From positions 930,001-994,000 of the forward strand of contig OZ037845.1 in assembly GCA_964035575.1 (NCBI GenBank): DNA of 64,000 nt, read 5' to 3'. This stretch comes from Rhynchopus sp. YZ270_cl-10 (Eukaryota). Position numbers and translations under genes: made by a program. This document shows positions 37,701-47,329 of this stretch, one piece after another (within the stretch, counting starts at the first letter, position 1; each line of letters starts with the position of its first letter). The notes under the pieces were generated by a model, which had not been told where the DNA came from, ran no database searches, and saw only the letters and a program-made list of their open reading frames with translations.

Positions 37701-40700
37701 TTCACAACTAACGGGTTTGCTGCATCAACCAGAATCAGGGCAACGTTTGTATCAAGGTTCAAAAAGCTGACTGAGTTGATGAGGGCAAGCAGAAGCGAAG
37801 AGTACTTAACATCTGTGGACACAATGCTGCTCACGGCCACGGTGTAGGCCACGTCCCCATCAACCATGTCATCGGGCACCCCGGTCACCGTCACTCTGAT
37901 CTTGCTGCTGAAAGTGCTTGGCCTGAACACAAACCCGGTAGCAGGAACGGAACCTTCAGTCGTGTCGGAGCAGGTCAAAAACAATGTGACATCCGCAGTG
38001 GGTTGCGTGCTGAGCGACACATCAAAACCCTGCGTCACCGCTGCCTCTGTTGTCTGAAGTGGAGGTGTCCCCACGGGCTCGATGACGACAGCTGCCGTGT
38101 CGATGTCTTGGTTCGTCCCCACCACGTCGCTGATCGTGATCCCTCTGTATTTCGCGTCGTTCGAAGTTGCTGCATGCGAAATCGAATACCCAACGTCGCC
38201 GTCGTCGATGGAGTCGCTCTTTCCTGTCAGCGTCACAATCTGGGCCGTCTCCCACGTCGTGGCATCAAAGGACAGCGATGTGGGGCTGAAGGTCACCTCT
38301 GCACTGTTGTTCGTAGACAGCGTGATGGTGACAGTGTCGGTAGGCTTTGAGGCTAGACGCATTGAGTACGTTGCTGTGCTGCCAACCTCAGAGAGGAACA
38401 GAACCGCAGCAGAGGTGATCGAGACAGCGGCGGTGTCGTCGTTTGTGTTCGACACTGACACGTCCTGCACGATGATGCCACTGTACTTAGGATCAACGCT
38501 TGTTGCCGTGGACGTGACAATCGTGAACGCAACGTCTCCGTCGTCAACCTGGTCATCCACACCCGTCACCGTCACCGTCGCAGGGCTTGACCAAGCGTTC
38601 TTCCCTGCCACGTTCGAGGCAGAGGTGAAAACTAATGTGGAGGGTGACACCACGCCTTCGGTGGGTGCACTGGACGAGAGGTCAATTGTAACATCGTTGA
38701 GAGGCTGCGTGAACAGCGACACCAAAAATGTAGCTGTACCACCTGCCTCTGTGACAACGATGCTGGTGGGAGAGATCTCAACACCCGCTGTGTCGGTGTC
38801 GTCGTTGTTAATGCCTGCAACAGCTTTGACGTCATTCATGCCTGAGTACGCGGTGTCAGTAGACACTGCGGGTGAGAAGTCAATCGTGAACGCAACTGGG
38901 CCATCATCAACGGCATCTTGCACACCAGTGACAGTGATGGTTTGCTTCGTCGCGTAGGTTCCAGATGTGAAAGTTAAAAGCGACTTGTCAATCACAACCT
39001 CTGACGTGTCACTCGAAGCAATAGCGATGTCCACATTCGCGGTTGGGGATGTCTTCAGTTGCACGGTGAACGTCACACTGGTGCCCAACTCTGATGTGAT
39101 CAGTCCTGCAACAGGGTCTACCAGGATCTCTGCAGTATCGATGTCGACGTTGGTGAGTGCAAGAATGACAGGGGAGATCGCAGTGTACGTCGTGTCTGTG
39201 GAGGTTGACACATCTGCGATGACGGAGTACACAACATTCCCATCATCGGTGTTGTCTGCAACACCTGTGGCCGTCACAACTTCGCCGATGTTCCACGTTG
39301 TAGCCGTCAGTGTCACTGTTGCTGGTAAGACCGTCCCCTCCGTTAGATCAGTGCTGGAAATCGACAGTGTCACATCTGCTGTGGGTTCTGTACTGAGTTT
39401 CACTCGCATCGCAAAGGTGCTGCCTGTTTCAGACGTGCTGACCGGGATCATTGTATTTTCTGCAGTGAGCGTGACTCCAGCAACATCGTCGTCCAGGTTC
39501 AGGCATGCAACATCCGCTGGGTTCAACAGCTTGTAGTTGGTATCAGCAGTGCTTGTGGCATCAATGCTATTCACCACTGTGTACGGGATGTCTCCGTCTG
39601 CTTTGTTGTCATCAAGTCCAGATACTGTCACTGTGCGCGGTACATTCCAATCGGTAGTAGTGAAGGATATGGACGGTGGTGACGCAGAGCCCTCGTTTGT
39701 TGTTGAGGACACCACAGAGGTGACCACAACTGTTGACGTGGGCTTCGAGGAGAGCACGACCGTAAACTCGTCTGTCTTCCTTGCAGCACCTTGGTCCTCT
39801 GTAGTCTGCAGCAACGCAGAGGTGGGCGTCACAACGATGCCCGCAGTGTCGTCGTCCGTGTTCTTCAGATTGATCGTTGCCGGGAAGTTCCCTTGGTAGT
39901 CTGTATCACCAGATGTAGTTGTTGTCCGCACGGTGTAGTCGATAGTCCCATCCTGGACGGTGTCTTGCACACCAGTGACTGTCACAAGCTTCGCCACGTT
40001 CCAGTCAGTTGTAGTGAAGGTCAGAGATGCAGAACTCAGCGTCCCCTCCAGGACATTGTCAGACAGCATGTTAATCGTCACGTCCACGGTAGGCATGGTC
40101 CTCAGCACCACTGAGAACTGTGTGGTGCCACCCGCCTCGGTTGTCGTCAAACCTGACGTTGGTGTCACTGTGACCCCTGCAGAGTCGTCATCCTGGTTGG
40201 TGCACTGCACTGTGACGGCAGTCAATGCTGCATACTTCGCGTCGTTCGAAGACAGCACGCCGTTGCTGATAGTGTGAACAATGTCGCCATCTGCCTGCAA
40301 GTCGTTCACCCCTGTTACTGTCACAGTTTGTGGCAAACTCCAGCTGTTCTGACCTAACCCATTTGACCCAGGCAAGAATGTAAGTGTACTTGGAGACACA
40401 GTTGACTCCGTCGTATCTTGACTTTGAACTTGGATCACGACAGTGTCTGTGGGCACTGTGACCAAACGCACAGTGTACGTTGCTGTTCCTCCAGCTTCAG
40501 TCGTAGTCACCGAAGTGGGAGAGACCAAGATGCCTGAAGTGTCGTCGTCGGTGTTGGAAACAGGCTGGTCGCTCACGACTTGGACTGAGTTGAAGCGTAC
40601 GTCGGTGGACACCCCGAGACCAAACCTGATGCTGTAGGCGGTGTTGCCGTCGTCCTTTGCATCTTGCACGCCTGTGACTGTGACGGTTTGCGGCACGTTC

Positions 40701-40948
40701 CAGTTGGTGGTGGTGTACTGCAGGGAAGACTTGTCCACAACACCCTCCCCAGGCGCCGATGATGTTACTGCTATGGTGACGACTGCTGTGGGCTGCGTTG
40801 TGAGCACAACACCAATGGCCGTCGACGCACCTGCCTCTGTGGTCACGAGTGGGTTGCCTGAGGGATAACTCACTGTGGAGAGCTGCCCTGCGCACAACGA
40901 CGCACACAGCAGCAAGACCGCCCCACGTTGAAAATGCTGTCGTGTCAT
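31799..40948 (-). CDS. Giant type-I membrane protein with ~23-24 Calx-beta/cadherin-like repeats, a Cys-rich segment, TM and a Tyr/Pro-rich tail
   Basis: Signal peptide; ~115-aa repeats (TEAG.TFTV.L.TQPTADV...LTFT..W...QTVTVTG.DD..DG); TM WAIALIVVASVFCLILIIGLLVAIF; uninterrupted ~9.1-kb ORF. Confidence 0.85.
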   Translation of the reverse strand: MTRQHFQRGAVLLLCASLCAGQLSTVSYPSGNPLVTTEAGASTAIGVVLTTQPTAVVTIAVTSSAPGEGVVDKSSLQYTTTNWNVPQTVTVTGVQDAKDDGNTAYSIRFGLGVSTDVRFNSVQVVSDQPVSNTDDDTSGILVSPTSVTTTEAGGTATYTVRLVTVPTDTVVIQVQSQDTTESTVSPSTLTFLPGSNGLGQNSWSLPQTVTVTGVNDLQADGDIVHTISNGVLSSNDAKYAALTAVTVQCTNQDDDSAGVTVTPTSGLTTTEAGGTTQFSVVLRTMPTVDVTINMLSDNVLEGTLSSASLTFTTTDWNVAKLVTVTGVQDTVQDGTIDYTVRTTTTSGDTDYQGNFPATINLKNTDDDTAGIVVTPTSALLQTTEDQGAARKTDEFTVVLSSKPTSTVVVTSVVSSTTNEGSASPPSISFTTTDWNVPRTVTVSGLDDNKADGDIPYTVVNSIDATSTADTNYKLLNPADVACLNLDDDVAGVTLTAENTMIPVSTSETGSTFAMRVKLSTEPTADVTLSISSTDLTEGTVLPATVTLTATTWNIGEVVTATGVADNTDDGNVVYSVIADVSTSTDTTYTAISPVILALTNVDIDTAEILVDPVAGLITSELGTSVTFTVQLKTSPTANVDIAIASSDTSEVVIDKSLLTFTSGTYATKQTITVTGVQDAVDDGPVAFTIDFSPAVSTDTAYSGMNDVKAVAGINNDDTDTAGVEISPTSIVVTEAGGTATFLVSLFTQPLNDVTIDLSSSAPTEGVVSPSTLVFTSASNVAGKNAWSSPATVTVTGVDDQVDDGDVAFTIVTSTATSVDPKYSGIIVQDVSVSNTNDDTAAVSITSAAVLFLSEVGSTATYSMRLASKPTDTVTITLSTNNSAEVTFSPTSLSFDATTWETAQIVTLTGKSDSIDDGDVGYSISHAATSNDAKYRGITISDVVGTNQDIDTAAVVIEPVGTPPLQTTEAAVTQGFDVSLSTQPTADVTLFLTCSDTTEGSVPATGFVFRPSTFSSKIRVTVTGVPDDMVDGDVAYTVAVSSIVSTDVKYSSLLLALINSVSFLNLDTNVALILVDAANPLVVNEDDGTGMPLATTFSVRLQTSPNPGKQVYLTVDSEDHTEAVVSTSTLTFTETDWSVLQVVTVTGVDDLIDDGTQSFNIFVSPIAAPLTVPADMEDSYKTLASVRVPVQSGDNDVRSVIITPTTVTTSEAGTSDQFTVVLGSQPEADVTITLVSQMSGEGSLSATSLIFQAGTWSSVQTVTVTGLQDPIQDGDQTYSIVTTVISTDTMYSAVVAPDVTVTNTDDDVAAIVLSNHLSKLVSETGTSDTFMVRLATQPTADVVITFDVDKPTEVALSTKTLTFTSGGTGQWSTQQTVTLTGLDDLIADDNQNFIISFSTATSTDTSYSGLAVSPSTITGINQDNDTPGILLAPPNGVWMTEVTESGTEAKFVASLKTQPVGDVVITFAVSDATEAEIVAPATVTLTNTNWNVPQTVSVKGVNDDVDDGDQPFTVQGTVTTAASDFIYSTLVSDLVSIVCRDDDVRGIVMSSYAVSTKEGTVVQSSITMALTSQPTADVTVNLQSTDTTEGNISPLQVILPSDMTWATPLVVTINVVDDAIADGTQVYQIRADPAVSNDANYNGFQVQDVVVSNEDDDVPGITMTAPVPNNEISETGTAVTFTVVLDSEPTAMVTVHLASSDHTEGALTPEVLTFSTTDYASPQTVTLTGQDDNVADGVQPVFVSVSHIVTTDVQYADTMLFLPRLTGITNADDDVAGLSFLQPDGVTALNAVDFTTATTLITNENGGAVSFVIKLRSEPLAPVTVSITSRDTSEGVVSVPDLVLTPANWDGTNTVTVTGMQDAVQDGTVTYEIFFVTRSTDTQFNALTIPSVFVSNEDDDLAGVGATPTSIETVENGAPVTFNIVLFTQPTKDVVITLTSDNTAEGTVSPSQVVFLADTCTTLPCAPGRNQWSTPQTVTVTPQDDNVADGSITYTIVTTASSDDAVYAALNPPDVRVVNVDDDTPNIIVTPVMNSVPPFVLTEASTLSAQFRVTLTSIPKGDVTVGITVADATEVAVDLATLTFTTTDYATPQTVTVTAVDDSILDGDVASTVNFDATSMGDPGYDNLIGPRLSMLTQDNDVAGFLLKDSLSNVITDINRFRLSTTEAGTTDQFFISLTSEPSSDVVLTVLTSDTTEGVVSPASIRFDSTNYQDIPVTVSGQNDDVQDGDVSFTITFPLVESLDTNYNGRVLPTILGLNQDDDTAGVNVDLRGVVPPLVVDEAGAEGKVFFINLLSQPTDVVTVPVTSGDHTEGKVEPQLVFFGPANYSAPVEIRVTGVDDMMDDGNVAYNVMVEPAQSRDTVYQGLTSPANVIPVSTTDDDVSTGAVCVLPGCSCCEGITHESAFSPDHTLRFTVALLTQPLADVTVPISSNDTSEVVVSTSFLLFTPGSWSFPQTVTVTSVQDSVDDGDVPVSIVLHPAISDDTRIAGLDINDIQLVNGDDDTFGVEIAPLVLVVNEAGTSTNQNNVGNFSVVLLTQPTHDVTLDLASALVEQATIDTQRLIFTPDIQPTSGKIHWSTPQFVSVRAVNDDVDDGDVEVSIVTSAAQSADLKYHGFNPLDVKVTVVDDDVTGVNVQPTGSLFTSQQGGTATFTVALTSRPSGDVLMDIVSNDTTQGSAVPALLTFTSDTWRTPQTVVVTGVSGSGADTPYSVALQNIRSSDDKYAAVTADTLPTVSLLNTGTPIPGSVTPLPPGTPVVPSTQCNQFAGQCQLKSNAAIVQCVATVCAISECCVSCSSFTCVTGSLSASAICAASGCDASACCSGGGSGSTATLSPSTTSDDDDLPGWAIALIVVASVFCLILIIGLLVAIFCFAGPNSNSNSNSNTSAATAAPKQAPETHTPHTHHTTPHQERVVYEKPPPYSQDYYEPNAAQEPVKEEMVHLQDGDGERYVARWSNSRNQYYYYPEGAGVGARGIWTLPETALVVAWKGGPDGAASYQNSMYAESHAPQSNPFVKDPYSVTPLPAPSQQANPLDNLQPDGSYGDGRVL

Positions 40949-41287
40949 GAGCACTAACACAATATCCCCCTTTCACAAGACGCAAAGGAGGCCTGAACTA
41001 TCTCCCCCCAAGGGAGCCCCAAGAATAAATGTTCTAAAAATGCAAAGGGGAAAAACGCGGTGTAAGGGGGGGATTGCTGTGGTAATATATGTAGCTATGT
41101 GGGGAGGCGAGGGATGAGGAGTGGAATACAAAAGCGGGACAGTTTCGTTTTTTTTCTTTCTTCATAGTTTGCAAGGACGATATTGGAAACAGTGTAGTTG
41201 CCACGCCTCCTAGCACAGCAAACTCTACCTTCACATTCCCACTTCCTCTTTGTGTTGCTTCTGTTGCTGTACCTTCGGTTGGTTTGA

Positions 41288-42241
41288 CTATTTCTTCTTC
41301 CTGTCCTTCTTTCTGGTTGAACTTCTCTTTGCAATGAATTCTCCGTAAGATATGTCTTCTGGGTCGATGGTGGCCATGTCGCCTCCTTTAGGTGATTCTT
41401 GGTGCATGTACTCCGGAGGAGGGGTGAACTCTAGCACGGCTGTGTCCTCTTGCATGACAGCGTTGTATTCCTCCATGGTTACGTGAAGCTGGTTCTCTTC
41501 AATGAATTCGTCTGTCGCAATCTTCGCGAGGCGCGACGGGAGCAATGACAACTCCTCACCATAGAGGAAGAAGTGGTGACCCTTTATTGTGAGACGTGGT
41601 AAGTTGCGCTTGATGTCAAGGGGCATCACAAAGCGTGTCCAAGGGAGCTCCGTTAGAGCAAGACATCCAAGCGTAGTCGTCACCCTGGGAGACCCGAAGG
41701 TGACAATGTTTGTGACCATCAGGGAATGTTCGTTCTTGAGGTACGCTGCTGCGATGGCGGAGATCGCGCCTCCCACAGCGTGCCCTGCAAGGCAGACCGC
41801 ATAGCCTTGGGGGAGCACCTTTGCTTTGTTCTCCATCAACTCACGCACGACCCGAAGCGCCGCCTGGTGGTACTCCTCCGGGAAGGAAACACCTTCCGGC
41901 TCAAGGCCCCAGTCCTGCATGACAACGTTGTCGTCGTCGTCCTCTGCTGCGTCAATGTGCGTTTGTGTGTAAATTGTGGTCCGTTTCCGCTCGTGGTCGA
42001 TCTCGCACAGAATCGTTTCGGGTGCTTGCAGCACTGTGTATTCAACGTCGCCTCCCTGTCGTACCTCAAACAGTGCTGTGAATGATACAGAATCGCGCTG
42101 ATTTATCGGGTTTGCCTCCATCAACGCAAGCACCTCTGCGTGGTCTCTGCAGGCAAACTGCAGGGCACGGTTCTTCGTCGCTGCACCGCGCTGCTCTTCA
42201 AGACCCACACGCGCCTGGTACGCATCGTGGAAGGCTGCCAT
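41288..42241 (-). CDS. Class-3 lipase-fold protein, probably catalytically inactive
   Basis: LAGHAVGGAISAIAA (Ala replaces the nucleophile Ser), IVTFGSPRV, RFVMPLD...LP; ATG at 42241. Confidence 0.8.
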   Translation of the reverse strand: MAAFHDAYQARVGLEEQRGAATKNRALQFACRDHAEVLALMEANPINQRDSVSFTALFEVRQGGDVEYTVLQAPETILCEIDHERKRTTIYTQTHIDAAEDDDDNVVMQDWGLEPEGVSFPEEYHQAALRVVRELMENKAKVLPQGYAVCLAGHAVGGAISAIAAAYLKNEHSLMVTNIVTFGSPRVTTTLGCLALTELPWTRFVMPLDIKRNLPRLTIKGHHFFLYGEELSLLPSRLAKIATDEFIEENQLHVTMEEYNAVMQEDTAVLEFTPPPEYMHQESPKGGDMATIDPEDISYGEFIAKRSSTRKKDRKKK

Positions 42242-42511
42242 TCGCACAAGGCCATTCTGGTTGGAATATGAGATTAAAAAACCCCCCAAATAAAAATTGA
42301 CAATCCCTTTACAATTATTTTTCAAAAATAGAAAATTACTTCAGGATATAACAGTGAAGCATAAAGCATAAATGAAAGACAAGAAAACACTTTTTCGTTT
42401 ATCGCACCGCAAAAGATTTGTGTTTTTCACTGGATAATGTGAGTGAGGCGTACGTCGTTTTCCATTTCTATTTGGCAATGCTTGATTATTCAATAAAAAA
42501 TCTGTCATGCG

Positions 42512-42877
42512 TCAAAGGGCACATGGTGCAAAGGTGAAAACCCATACCTCCAACTCCCTGTGGTACTGCGGATTCCCCCCGGGGTGCTGTGTTGCAGAGA
42601 GGAAGCTGAACAACGACGGGGCCTGCGAGGGTTCTAAGACGACCATCTTATCGAGGACTGTGTTAATGGTTTGCATCCTGAGGACTGCACGCTCGAGGTC
42701 GTCTGATGTGTAGGGCTCGTCGTCTGACAACATCAACATTTTTTCTGATCGTATCCGGAATTGCACGTGATGCTGCAAACTCCCCTCCGGATGCCCAAAC
42801 CTCTCTGTATTGATCGCCTTCGCTGTTCGGAGCAGACCACGATAAGCCTGCACCACATCACGCTGTGCAAGTTGCAT
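42512..42877 (-). CDS. Small LYR-motif-like protein
   Basis: 121-aa ORF on the gene strand; VVQAYRGLLRTAK resembles the LYR signature; a 3' splice is possible. Confidence 0.5.
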   Translation of the reverse strand: MQLAQRDVVQAYRGLLRTAKAINTERFGHPEGSLQHHVQFRIRSEKMLMLSDDEPYTSDDLERAVLRMQTINTVLDKMVVLEPSQAPSLFSFLSATQHPGGNPQYHRELEVWVFTFAPCAL

Positions 42878-45477
42878 AATTACTTCTCAAAAAAAATTCT
42901 CCAAAAATATTCTATAAAAAAACCAACAGGAAGGATCACCCTCCGTTCTCAATGGTGTAGATATCGTTTTTTCCTAAAAAGAAGTGATTTGGGAAACTAC
43001 GAGGGGTAGAAAGAGAAGAAGAGAAAAAAAATCTGGAGTAGCTTTCGGTTTTTCAGTTTGTTTTATGTAGCTTTTTTTTTGTTTCAGGAAAGATAAACAC
43101 GCATGGTATAATAGATGAGGGGAAGGGGCTGAAGGGGAGAAAAAACACAAGGGAAGACGTGGTCTGACAAAGACAAACACCATTCGTTGTTCACTAACGA
43201 TTTTCTTTTTTTGGGGGAAGCATTAACTGAGGCTATGGACAAAATCACCGTGTCAAACGGACAGTTTCTGTGAAAAATATCACCTCGAAAAGGCTTAGAC
43301 CAAAAAAAAAAAAAAAACTCCCGCGTTCTGTCCTTTGCCTTCCATCCATCCCTGATGTTGTCATTTCGTTTCTTTGTTTGGTGTGGCTCGCCCCAAAAAA
43401 AAGTGTTTTTTTAAGTACTTCTTTTGTACTTTTATTGTAGCACAAAAGTGGGGTTTTGGGCCACACCATCGTTATTTTTAAAAATATATTTCTGGGTAAC
43501 AAGGTGAGAGCGACGGTTCCCTCTGGAACCATAAAATAGAGTAAAGAGGAAAGGCTTGTGGAAACTACTTTGCATTTTCAGCAGGAGCACAAAACTAAAA
43601 GTGTATGAGATGACCCTAAGCCTCTCGTGCTTAGTCACCAAAACAAAACAATAAAAGGGGGGTAGGGGTAAAGTTGAAAGCGTGTTGACACCAGAGAAAT
43701 TGCCACCTAAAAGAATTCAGTTTCAACTCGAATCTTACTTCCTAACGCAAGCTACTCAGGTTGGTGTCAAAATATTTTTAAAACAACTCAAAGGAGAAAC
43801 TAAAGAGAGAGAAAAAAAGGAGTTGAAAGCAACGTCCCTGCGGACGAAAACACCAATAAAGAAAAGCTCAAAGAAAAGAGTAGTTGAAACGTGCTAAAAC
43901 GCATCTCAGTCGAGCTCATGCAAAGGGTGGGACATGAGTGTTCCGTACCGTAAAAGAACAGAGGCGGTTCACAACCGCTCGGCGAATCACGCGACTTCTT
44001 TATACCCCAGCCTTTTAAACGGCCAATAAAAAACTATATGATTTTGCACGTGTTACTGTGGGAGCATAGCGGGGACCCTAAGGGCAATCATGGCTCAGTT
44101 CGTAAACGGGCACGTGCCATCCAATGCCATCGCTTTGGGGGAGCGACGTGCCTTGTGGCATCAGATGACTCCTTACGTAGTGGGGGGATCCACGCGGAGT
44201 GCAATGCGGACTCGAGAAGTCATAACAGGCAGCACATCTCACCCAAAAAAAAAAAACTTGAAAGCCGAACGTGAAGGGGTGCCAAACGGCAGAACTGCGG
44301 AATCAGCTATCGCTGCACCCACACTCAGTTGACACCCGTGTATAAAAATAAAGGGGGGGATATGAACAAAACACAAGCACACATGCACAAAGGTTTGTTT
44401 TTCCTCGCAAAGTACTACCATTTTTGTAGCACCTCGCAGTAACACCCCTCCCTGAACACTGAAATGAGCAAAATACGGCAAGATATGACATTAGTTTTCT
44501 CTTTCGTTCAAAAATATACAGACAGAGTCATCGACTAATCACGGTAATGTGATATGCTTCTGTTACATATGCACTTTTATAGATGCACAAAAGTTATCGG
44601 GTATTGCTCTTTTGAAAGATCGGTGCAAATTATTTCCACATAAAAATAAAATGTTTTCACGAAAATGAGTTGAACCTGTCTCAAAGCATGGCGTCATTTC
44701 GAAAGACACTAAAGTAGCGCTTGAGGGTAGAGGGTTTAAAATAAAAAAATAAAAATAAAAATGAAACAAAAAAAAAGTCTCACGCACACATCCAACCTGG
44801 GTAATGCTCCGTTCTTCAGAACTACCCACAACTTGCTTTCAAGCACACATACGTCGTTTTTCAAAAATAAACGTAAATGGTTGTGTAGGAAGCCACACAC
44901 AATTCGCACAAAGCAGAAAAAGAAAAAGAGTGTTAGTGTTTAGTTTTAAAAAAAAGTGGGGATAAAGAGGGAGAATCCTTGGTCTAAAATGCTTCAAAAA
45001 GCAAAATCACTTACCTTCATATTCTCGAACAAGCGTGAAAGCCTGCATGCGAGAGGTTTGAAAAGAGAGAATTTTGATACGATGATTAACACTTTGCGGG
45101 AGGGAGGGATATGAAATAAAATGGGGAACATGCCTCAGGGGGTTCTGGTTTATCACATAATAAATAAAGAGATAAACTCGAAAGATGGATGCACCGAACG
45201 ACATGCACAAGCAACACAACGAAACAGACAAAATCACAACAAGCGTGACAAAGTCGTAAGCACAGAATCTTCCGAGTATTCTCACATTCTTTGATAAGAT
45301 ACACTCTGTACCCTCCCCCACGTTGGCCCCCGCCAGCACGTCAGTTCATTTATGTGGACCACTCCATGAAATTAGGTTTTAATTCATGAAGAAACACTGT
45401 TCCCGGGGGAAAGGAGAGGTTTGGATTGGAGAACTAAAAAAGTAGGAGGAAAATATAGGAGGGAAGACTACATCAAT

Positions 45478-47131
45478 CAGGGCTTCCCACAGGGGGGACC
45501 AGGGGGGACCACTGGTCCCCCTGGGGGAAAATAAAAATAATAAGGGGGGACCAGGGGGGACCAGGGGGGACCAGGGGGGACCAGGGGGGACCAGCCTGCC
45601 CTTGAGTGTTCCGAGGCTGCCTATTAGGAATTTTCCACATTTTTTTTAATTTTTCCCACCCTCCCGTCCCCGCGCATCCAAATACAGGCAACTACACGAA
45701 GGTGATGTACAGTACATTACAAGTGAAGTTACATGTAACGTTACAAGTGAAAAACCGTTACAAGTGAGTTACAAGTGAGTTACAAGTGGGATACATGAAT
45801 TACAGGCAAAATCAGGTTGTAACTGGTGGGTTACAAGTGAGTTACAAGTGAGTTACATGTAACAAAAGTTACATGTTGGTGCTTCCCGGGGGGTATGCAT
45901 TTCACAAATTTTCACAAAATGTGACAAGTTTTCACAAGTTTTCACAACACGAAAACCGCTATAAAATTGTGAAGGCTGGTGAAAAATGGTGAAAAATTGT
46001 GAAAAGTTGTGAAAAGTGCGAAAAGTTGTGAAAAGTTGTGAATTGATTTTTTTTTTTTGGGGGGTTTTTTTTGGGTTGGGTGGTGGCCCACCCATTGAGG
46101 GGTATGCTGGGATTCACAAGATAGAACGTGATGTGGTGTACCTGTGTACCTGTGTACCTGTGTACTGTGCACTGTGCGGAAATGACGAGAACTTGTCCAT
46201 TTCGGCAAATTGACCCCACCACTGGCCGGACGGATTCCGGAAATGCAAATGCCGGCATTTAAAAGCTTCACCAACGAAGAAAAAAAGGGTGGTGAAAAGT
46301 TGTGAAAAGTTGTGAAAAGTTGTGAATTGAATTGAAAATTTGTGAAATGCATACCCCCCGGGAAGCACCACATGTAACTCACTTGTAACTCCACTTGTAA
46401 CACCCGTTACATCACCGTCGTGTAACAGGGGGAAAAGATGGCACCAAAAAAGTCCTCCGGACCAAGACAGATTTCCATAATGGAATTTGCAAAGCGACCG
46501 GCGGAGTCCCAGTTATCGGCTCAGGCTCCGAAGAGGCAGAAAATAACGGTTGCAAAGAACCACGAGTATGCCTCATGGGCAAAGTGACCCCGTCACAGCC
46601 AGAACGCGACTCAATTGGTCAAACGCCGAAGGAAAAGGAAGCATGCAGCATGGCAAAAGAACAAAGTAGCGTACCGTGCGCCTGCGGCGCAAGATTGCAA
46701 GCCACCCATGACATAGTGTGGCTGTAAAATGTGCAATTTTAATCACAGTATTTTGAAATGTTGCGTACCGTGGCTTCGCCAGGAACCTTTGCCATGACTG
46801 TCGTTTCTTTTTGTAGATGTCTATACGAGGAAACGTCTGCACGCTACCGACCTGACATATTTTTTCTTATTCCGCAAAGGTGGGGAACGTGAGATGATAT
46901 GCAATATGCGAGTTAATGCAGCAGTTTTAACGGTTTGCCGGGACATTTTCGCCGAAGTCGAAAAATTTTTTTGACCACTTAAAGTGCGTAAAGGCGCGTA
47001 ACGTAACGTAGCGTCAGCGTTAATGCTACACACCACACAAATTAAAATCATTGAAAAAAAAAAAAAAATTCCACCTTTTTTTGGCTGGTCCCCCTGGGAG
47101 GCCAAAACCCCAGATCCTGCGGGAAGCCCTG
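45478..47131. mobile_element. hAT-like non-autonomous TIR element with 6-bp TSD ATCAAT
   Basis: TIR CAGGGCTTCCC(A/G)CAGG; ATCAAT at 45472-45477 and 47132-47137; GGGGGGACCA subterminal repeats; transposase-like fragments at 46438-46880. Confidence 0.88.
45695..46422. mobile_element. Nested CAC...GTG element with long imperfect TIRs, flanked by TA
   Basis: TA|CACGA(A/C)GGTGATGTA ends; inverted TTACAAGTGAG repeats and inverted GGTGCTTCCCGGGGGGTATGCATTTCACAAATTTTCA blocks. Confidence 0.75.
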
Positions 47132-47329
47132 ATCAATATAAAAAAAAAAAAATGTGTCGGTCAAAAAAAAAAAAAAAAGAGAAAAAAATGTTGTGCAACA
47201 CATCGCCATAAAAATACGAACACGAACAACAGCTTTTTCCCCCCCCTCTGCCTCCTGAACCCTTGACTCGACCGAACCCGGGTTTTCCCTTCCTGGTAGT
47301 GCTCATGGTGGGGGTCACCAAAGCGACAT

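Noticed and set aside
18732..40868. Many plus-strand ORFs overlapping the large minus-strand genes
   Set aside because: Antisense shadows of GC-rich or repetitive coding sequence.
43260..43440. Spliced-leader-like fragments (ACAGTTTCTGT; TGTACTTTTATTG)
   Set aside because: Short separated matches; no contiguous 39-nt leader followed by a GT donor.
44038..44274. Possible RT remnant (SGDPKG...VASDDSL resembling GxPQG...YADD)
   Set aside because: Too degenerate to support without a search.
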